Below, piece after piece: positions 59,201-64,000 of a stretch of 64,000 bases of DNA; positions within the stretch are counted from its first letter, which is position 1, and every line of letters starts with the position of its first letter. The stretch comes from an uncultured bacterium. GTDB lineage: Bacteria; Edwardsbacteria; AC1; EtOH8. Below the pieces are notes generated by a model that saw nothing but the letters and a program-made list of their open reading frames with translations, was not told the origin of the DNA and searched no databases. The DNA lies in NCBI GenBank assembly GCA_963780225.1, contig CAWAAX010000026.1, forward strand, positions 187,997 through 251,996, given 5' to 3'. The translations under genes were made by a program, and so were the position numbers.

Positions 59201-60055
59201 ACGCTGAACGATGATGGTATTGCCTCAGTAACGCTGCCGTTCACGTTCAACTGGTACGGGACGGACTACACGGCGCTGTCGGTGGGCAGCAACGGGTGGA
59301 TCAGCTTCGGGCCGAACAGCAATCCAGGGTACGACAACTTGGCGATCCCGGCGGCGGCGTTTGCGGCGCCGACGGTGTTCCCGCTGTGGAACGACCTTGA
59401 TGCCACTTCCCGGTGGGTGGGCTACTATAATGATGCGGCGAACCACCGGTTCATAGTGGAATACGACAGCATCGTTTATTACAGTACGTTGCTGTTCAAC
59501 AAGTTTCAGGTGATCTATTGTGACTCGACGGTCCCAGACCCCTATCATGATGTGGTGATGCAGTATAATCTGTTCACCGACGGCAAGGGGGAGATTTCCC
59601 CGGTATACCCCAGTGTTGGCTTCCAGCAAAACGGCACCGTTGGCAGCCAGCTGCTGTACAACCACAGCTATGCAAGCACCGCCATGCCCCTGGCAAGCCG
59701 CCGGGCAGTGCGGATCACTCGGCACCTGGAACCTTTGGGGGTGGCTGGCCCCCCGGAGGTGACGCCCGTTATGCCGCAGACGTACCATCTGGGGCTGGCG
59801 TACCCGAACCCGGCGCGAAGCGCGGTGACTATCGCCTACCAACTGCCGAAGGCGGAACTGGCGGAACTGGCGGTGTACAACATTGCGGGACAGAAGGTGA
59901 AGACGCTGGCCAAAGGCGTGATGATGTCGGGCAAACACACGGTGCGGTGGGACGGCCGGGACGAGTCGGGCCAGCGGGTATCGGCCGGGATATATCTGTA
60001 CCGGTTGACGACCCCGGGCTGCTCGCGGATCGGCAAGCTGAGCATAGTCAAGTAA
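56294..60055 (+). CDS. Peptidase C25 family protease, paralog 2
   Basis: SD.YYSDLDGTWD, VGRAP, SHG (His), SSAC (Cys), NSRYGWG, FGDP; ATG 56294. Confidence 0.9.
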   Translation: MKHRETLVLGLALLSLAAGSYAGELVQTVTFKQQDLSFSRVDGYDRVNLAGVPAINAVGAPRLPCLVQALVIPAGAVVTGVDIISTDERVLDGSYAIIPSQKAVPLPMPGKIFKPEAPKPDPAIYGRNAVYPEVMVKGLTTGSLGGYRIGHAAISPLRYNPVTKKLYLSERITYRVLFQESQVKATIPTKDQQGIFGQQAKMLVANPGDVDLFAPQISLTASKVLPAGDYRSLIISGSAAFDSVFARLAYWHTKKGYRDTVVNVSSIYSVYPGYDDAEKIRNFIIDARNIWGTVFVLLAGQGDDLNAGQNLIPARHAYYTTFTTGGFPDDSQIPSDWYYSDLDGTWDANGNHIYGELGDDVNLYSDVFVGRAPVLNVAQAQNFVAKTLTYEKNNPGGYVTTMLLPAAILWEEYEERPTQRAIAAMTPAGWSIDTLFERNEALSDGAMVAIMDFGAGLGHWLSHGNENGVYYVPGAYYSSADADAANNGDNQGVHISSACLTGAMDEVPGGDCLAEHIINRAGGGAVGVMMNSRYGWGDPPDMGTSERIDTTFFNRIFFGDIYHQGQALTAAKNAWVPEAIAEGGDGVMRWCLYELNCFGDPALPILTGDPVALTVNHPASALIGYTDYTVSVSDEVKTPVQGALVCLMTESKDSYVYDTTDASGSVTLQMYTITAGQMMHVTVTARDHQPYEGLVPVIAPAAYIAHLKHTISDAAGNNDGVANPGETVQLPTWVKNYGISQAANVTAILRTLSPNGTVTADSNYSFGTIVAGDSAYYGPGFGLLVNPADTNGTAIPLTLECRDGNDSVWTSSFSLTVGTAALAFESKAGRFYPNEATKLTVNLKNNGLGYSYNTQAVLRCGNLLVTITDSTAGYGTINPGAVGTGSDSFTVAVGAVPAGTVIELTLVMKATGTSDRMYNWNETVGDLRYQPTPDNTAGTPWYYAVEDSDGVGRAPVYQWAEIRPIGTQLTLNDDGIASVTLPFTFNWYGTDYTALSVGSNGWISFGPNSNPGYDNLAIPAAAFAAPTVFPLWNDLDATSRWVGYYNDAANHRFIVEYDSIVYYSTLLFNKFQVIYCDSTVPDPYHDVVMQYNLFTDGKGEISPVYPSVGFQQNGTVGSQLLYNHSYASTAMPLASRRAVRITRHLEPLGVAGPPEVTPVMPQTYHLGLAYPNPARSAVTIAYQLPKAELAELAVYNIAGQKVKTLAKGVMMSGKHTVRWDGRDESGQRVSAGIYLYRLTTPGCSRIGKLSIVK

Positions 60056-60097
60056 GCAGGGGATAGTCCTTCAGCAACAATTGTGAAAGGGACCGAC

Positions 60098-63000
60098 ATG
60101 AAACATCGGGAGACGCTCGTCCTGGGGCTTGCCTTGCTTTCATTAGCTGCCGGCAGTTACGCAGGGGAGCTGGTGCAAACGGTTACGTTCAAGCAGCAGG
60201 ATTTGTCCTTCAGCCGGGTCGACGGGTACGACCGGGTCAACTTGGCAGGAGTGCCGGCGATCAACGCCGTAGGCGCGCCGCGCTTGCCCTGCCTGGTGCA
60301 GGCGCTGGTGATACCGGCCGGGGCTGTCGTCACCGGGGTCGATATCATCTCGGTCGATGAGCGTGAACTGGACGGATCGTATGCCATTATCCCCTCCCAA
60401 AAGGCAGTGCCTCTACCGATGCCTGGTAAAATATTCAAGCCCGAGGCGCTGAAACCTGACCCGGCGATCTACGGCCGTAACTCTTTGTATCCCGCGATGA
60501 CAGTCAAGGGACTGACCACCGGTAGTCTGGGCGGATACCGGATAGGTCATGCCGCTATTTCACCTCTGCGCTACAACCCGGTCACTAAAAAACTATATTT
60601 CAGCAAGAGCGTTACCTATCGCATTCTCTTCCAGGAAAGCCAGGCAAAGGCCACCATTCCCACCAAGGATCAACAGGTGATTTTTGGCCAGCAGGCGAAA
60701 ATACTGGTAGCCAACCCGGGCGATGTCGACCGGTTCGCCCCGCAGATCAGCCTCACCGCCTCCAAGGCTCTGCCGGCCGGCGATTATCGCAGCCTGATCA
60801 TATCCGGCTCGGCCGCTTTCGACAGCATTTTCGCCCGGTTGGCTGATTGGCATACCAAGAAGGGCTACCGCGACACGGTGGTCAACGTTTCCTCCATCTA
60901 CAGCGTTTACCCCGGTTATGATGACGCCGAAAAGATCCGCAACTTCATAATTGACGCCAGGAACATTTGGGGCACGGTGTTCGTGTTGCTGGCCGGCCAG
61001 GGAGACGATCTCAACGCCGGACAGAACCTGATTCCGGCCCGGCATGCTTACTATAATACGTTTACTACCGGTGGCGACTACGTTGACGATAGCCAGATCC
61101 CGTCCGACTGGTATTATTCCGATCTGGACGGCACCTGGGACGCCAATGGCAACCATATTTACGGCGAGCTGGGTGACGATGTCAACCTGTACTCCGACGT
61201 TTTCGTGGGCCGGGCGCCGGTGTTGAACGTGGCCCAGGCCCAGAATTTTGTGGCTAAGACTTTAACTTACGAAAAAAACAATCCCGGCGGATATGTTACC
61301 ACAATGCTTCTGCCAGCGGCCATACTTTGGGAAGAATATGAAGAGCGGCCGACCCAGCGGGCGATTGCCGCGATGACCCCGGCCGGCTGGAGCATCGACA
61401 CCCTGTTCGAGCGCAATGAGGCACTATCGGATGGGGCAATGGTGGCCATTATGGATTTCGGTGCTGGCCTGGGACACTGGCTGAGCCATGGCAACGAGAA
61501 CGGCGTTTACTATGTGCCAGGGGCGTATTACAGTTCTGCCGATGCCGATGCCGCCAACAACGGCGATAACCAGGGGGTGCACATCGCCAACGGTTGTTTC
61601 ACCGGCGCCATGGACGAGGTGCCGGGCGGTGACTGCCTGGCCGAGCATATCATCAACCGGTTTGGCGGCGGGGCGGTGGGGGTGATGATGAACTCGCGCT
61701 ATGGCTGGGGAGAATTTTCGACTATGGGCACTTCGGAGCGGATAGACACCACCTTTTTTAACCGCATTTTCTGGTGCGGAACATACCGCCAGGGGCAGGC
61801 CCTGACGGCGGCCAAGAACGCCTGGGTTCCGGAAGCGATAGCTGAGGGCGGGGATGGGGTAATGCGCTGGTGTCTGTATGAACTGAACTGCTTTGGAGAC
61901 CCGGCCCTGCCAATATTGACCGGCGACCCGGTGGCGTTGACCGTAAACCATCCGGCCTCGGCCCTGATCGGATATACCGATTACACGGTCAGTGTAAGCG
62001 ACGAGGTCAAAACTCCGGTGCAGGGTGCCTTGGTGTGCCTGATGACCGAGTCCAAAGACAGTTATGTCTATGACACCACCGATGCCTCGGGCAGCGTAAC
62101 GCTGCAAACATATACGATCACAGCCGGGCAGATGATGCATGTCACCGTTACGGCCAGGAACCACCAGCCCTACGAGGGCCTGGTGCCGGTGATAGCGCCG
62201 GCGGCGTACATCGCCCACCTGAAGCACACAATCAGCGACGCAGCGGGGAACAATGACGGAGTGGCCAACCCCGGGGAAACGGTGCAACTGCCGACGTGGG
62301 TGAAAAACTACGGGATATCCCAGGCGGATAATGTAACGGCGATCCTGCGGACCTTGGGTCCGAACGGGACGGTAACGGCGGACAGCAACTACTCCTTTGG
62401 GACCATCGGCGCCGGCGACTCGGCCTACTACGGCCCGGGCTTCGGGTTGCTGGTGAACCCGGCGGATACCAACGGAACGGCGATCCCGCTGACGCTGGAA
62501 TGCCGGGACGGGAACGACAGCGTTTGGAACTCCAGCTTCTCGTTGACGGTGGGGACGGCAATGCTGGCGTTCGAGAGCAAAGCGGGGCGCTTTTACCCGA
62601 ATGAAGCAACAAAGCTAACGGTAAATCTGAAGAACAACGGGCTGGGCTATAGCTACAACACCCAAGCCGTGCTGCGGTGCGGCAACCTGCTGGTAACGAT
62701 CACCGATTCCACCGCCGGATACGGGACGATCAACCCCGGGGCGGTGGGGACGGGATCGGACTCGTTCACGGTGGCGGTGGGGGCCGTTCCGGCGGGGACC
62801 GTTATAGAACTGACGCTGGTGATGAAAGCAACCGGGACCAGCGACCGGATGTACAACTGGAACGAAACGGTGGGTGATTTGCGGTACCAGCCGACGCCGG
62901 ACAACACGGCGGGAACGCCTTGGTACTATGCAGTGGAGGATTCTGACGGGGTGGGGCGGGCGCCGGTGTACCAGTGGGCGGAGATCCGGCCGATCGGGAC

Positions 63001-63862
63001 GCAGTTGACGCTGAACGATGATGGTATTGCCTCAGTAACGCTGCCGTTCACGTTCAACTGGTACGGGACGGACTACACGGCGCTGTCGGTGGGCAGCAAC
63101 GGGTGGATCAGCTTCGGGCCGAACAGCAATCCAGGGTACGACAACTTGGCGATCCCGGCGGCGGCGTTTGCGGCGCCGACGGTGTTCCCGCTGTGGAACG
63201 ACCTTGATGCCACTTCCCGGTGGGTGGGCTACTATAATGATGCGGCGAACCACCGGTTCATAGTGGAATACGACAGCATCGTTTATTACAGTACGTTGCT
63301 GTTCAACAAGTTTCAGGTGATCTATTGTGACTCGACGGTCCCAGACCCCTATCATGATGTGGTGATGCAGTATAATCTGTTCACCGACGGCAAGGGGGAG
63401 ATTTCCCCGGTATACCCCAGTGTTGGCTTCCAGCAAAACGGCACCGTTGGCAGCCAGCTGCTGTACAACCACAGCTATGCAAGCACCGCCATGCCCCTGG
63501 CAAGCCGCCGGGCAGTGCGGATCACTCGGCACCTGGAACCTTTGGGGGTGGCTGGCCCCCCGGAGGTGACGCCCGTTATGCCGCAGACGTACCATCTGGG
63601 GCTGGCGTACCCGAACCCGGCGCGAAGCGCGGTGACTATCGCCTACCAACTGCCGAAGGCGGAACTGGCGGAACTGGCGGTGTACAACATTGCGGGACAG
63701 AAGGTGAAGACGCTGGCCAAAGGCGTGATGATGTCGGGCAAACACACGGTGCGGTGGGACGGCCGGGACGAGTCGGGCCAGCGGGTATCGGCCGGGATAT
63801 ATCTGTACCGGTTGACGACCCCGGGCTGCTCGCGGATCGGCAAGCTGAGCATAGTCAAGTAA
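60098..63862 (+). CDS. Peptidase C25 family protease, paralog 3
   Basis: Near-identical to paralog 2; SHG and ANGC catalytic motifs; ATG 60098. Confidence 0.9.
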   Translation: MKHRETLVLGLALLSLAAGSYAGELVQTVTFKQQDLSFSRVDGYDRVNLAGVPAINAVGAPRLPCLVQALVIPAGAVVTGVDIISVDERELDGSYAIIPSQKAVPLPMPGKIFKPEALKPDPAIYGRNSLYPAMTVKGLTTGSLGGYRIGHAAISPLRYNPVTKKLYFSKSVTYRILFQESQAKATIPTKDQQVIFGQQAKILVANPGDVDRFAPQISLTASKALPAGDYRSLIISGSAAFDSIFARLADWHTKKGYRDTVVNVSSIYSVYPGYDDAEKIRNFIIDARNIWGTVFVLLAGQGDDLNAGQNLIPARHAYYNTFTTGGDYVDDSQIPSDWYYSDLDGTWDANGNHIYGELGDDVNLYSDVFVGRAPVLNVAQAQNFVAKTLTYEKNNPGGYVTTMLLPAAILWEEYEERPTQRAIAAMTPAGWSIDTLFERNEALSDGAMVAIMDFGAGLGHWLSHGNENGVYYVPGAYYSSADADAANNGDNQGVHIANGCFTGAMDEVPGGDCLAEHIINRFGGGAVGVMMNSRYGWGEFSTMGTSERIDTTFFNRIFWCGTYRQGQALTAAKNAWVPEAIAEGGDGVMRWCLYELNCFGDPALPILTGDPVALTVNHPASALIGYTDYTVSVSDEVKTPVQGALVCLMTESKDSYVYDTTDASGSVTLQTYTITAGQMMHVTVTARNHQPYEGLVPVIAPAAYIAHLKHTISDAAGNNDGVANPGETVQLPTWVKNYGISQADNVTAILRTLGPNGTVTADSNYSFGTIGAGDSAYYGPGFGLLVNPADTNGTAIPLTLECRDGNDSVWNSSFSLTVGTAMLAFESKAGRFYPNEATKLTVNLKNNGLGYSYNTQAVLRCGNLLVTITDSTAGYGTINPGAVGTGSDSFTVAVGAVPAGTVIELTLVMKATGTSDRMYNWNETVGDLRYQPTPDNTAGTPWYYAVEDSDGVGRAPVYQWAEIRPIGTQLTLNDDGIASVTLPFTFNWYGTDYTALSVGSNGWISFGPNSNPGYDNLAIPAAAFAAPTVFPLWNDLDATSRWVGYYNDAANHRFIVEYDSIVYYSTLLFNKFQVIYCDSTVPDPYHDVVMQYNLFTDGKGEISPVYPSVGFQQNGTVGSQLLYNHSYASTAMPLASRRAVRITRHLEPLGVAGPPEVTPVMPQTYHLGLAYPNPARSAVTIAYQLPKAELAELAVYNIAGQKVKTLAKGVMMSGKHTVRWDGRDESGQRVSAGIYLYRLTTPGCSRIGKLSIVK

Positions 63863-63882
63863 GCAGGGGATAGAAATTAAAA

Positions 63883-63911
63883 AGCGCCCCCTAAATGGGG
63901 CGCACTGTTTC
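63883..63911 (+). terminator. Probable terminator after the protease array
   Basis: GCGCCCC-CTAAAT-GGGGCGC followed by a weak T tract. Confidence 0.55.
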
Positions 63912-64000
63912 TAACGTTTTCATTGTTAAAGCAAAGACAATCTGCCAAGGCAACTGCCGGATGAAAATATTGGGGGATAGAATCTGATGCCGGTTGGTTA

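Larger units (their letters stand above)
54550..63872 (+). repeat. Long tandem repeats with periods of 3804 and 3807 bp
   Basis: Stops at 56251, 60055, 63862; shared 3' ~1.7 kb and identical 42-nt intergenic spacers. Confidence 0.95.

Noticed and set aside
56294..63862. Diversity-generating retroelement (TR/VR pair)
   Set aside because: Differences are not adenine-specific, include an indel, and no reverse transcriptase is in the window

Overview
Bacterial chromosomal window; a GC-rich core with AT-rich inserts. The Bat operon, an N-terminal-only GlmU and FlgD-Ig/T9SS-like C-terminal tags suggest an FCB-associated or candidate-phylum organism (inference). Core genes: MoxR-DUF58-Bat operon, polA, coaE, frameshifting prfB, asnS, panBCD, rsfS, argS, purM, a thiF/thiS-moaA-moaC-MOSC-mog cluster, clpX, purA, tRNA-Lys, tRNA-Glu, mazG and alr. 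Three things stand out. (1) Three ~3.7-3.8 kb C25 (gingipain-like) protease genes lie in tandem. Their 3' halves are almost identical and mosaic, and some paralog differences cluster around the catalytic Cys. (2) Small nuclease-fold genes (two DUF559, one GxxExxY) sit inside housekeeping operons, bounded by hairpin-forming inverted repeats. Solo copies of related repeats and 7/9-nt periodic repeats are scattered through the window, some inside coding sequence, which suggests a family of transposase-free mobile cassettes. (3) An MNT-HEPN pair is bracketed by a 60-bp direct repeat. Also present: a sigma54 promoter with a palindrome array, tandem OmpA-like paralogs and a decayed pepF. All calls come from reading motifs by eye; no searches were run.
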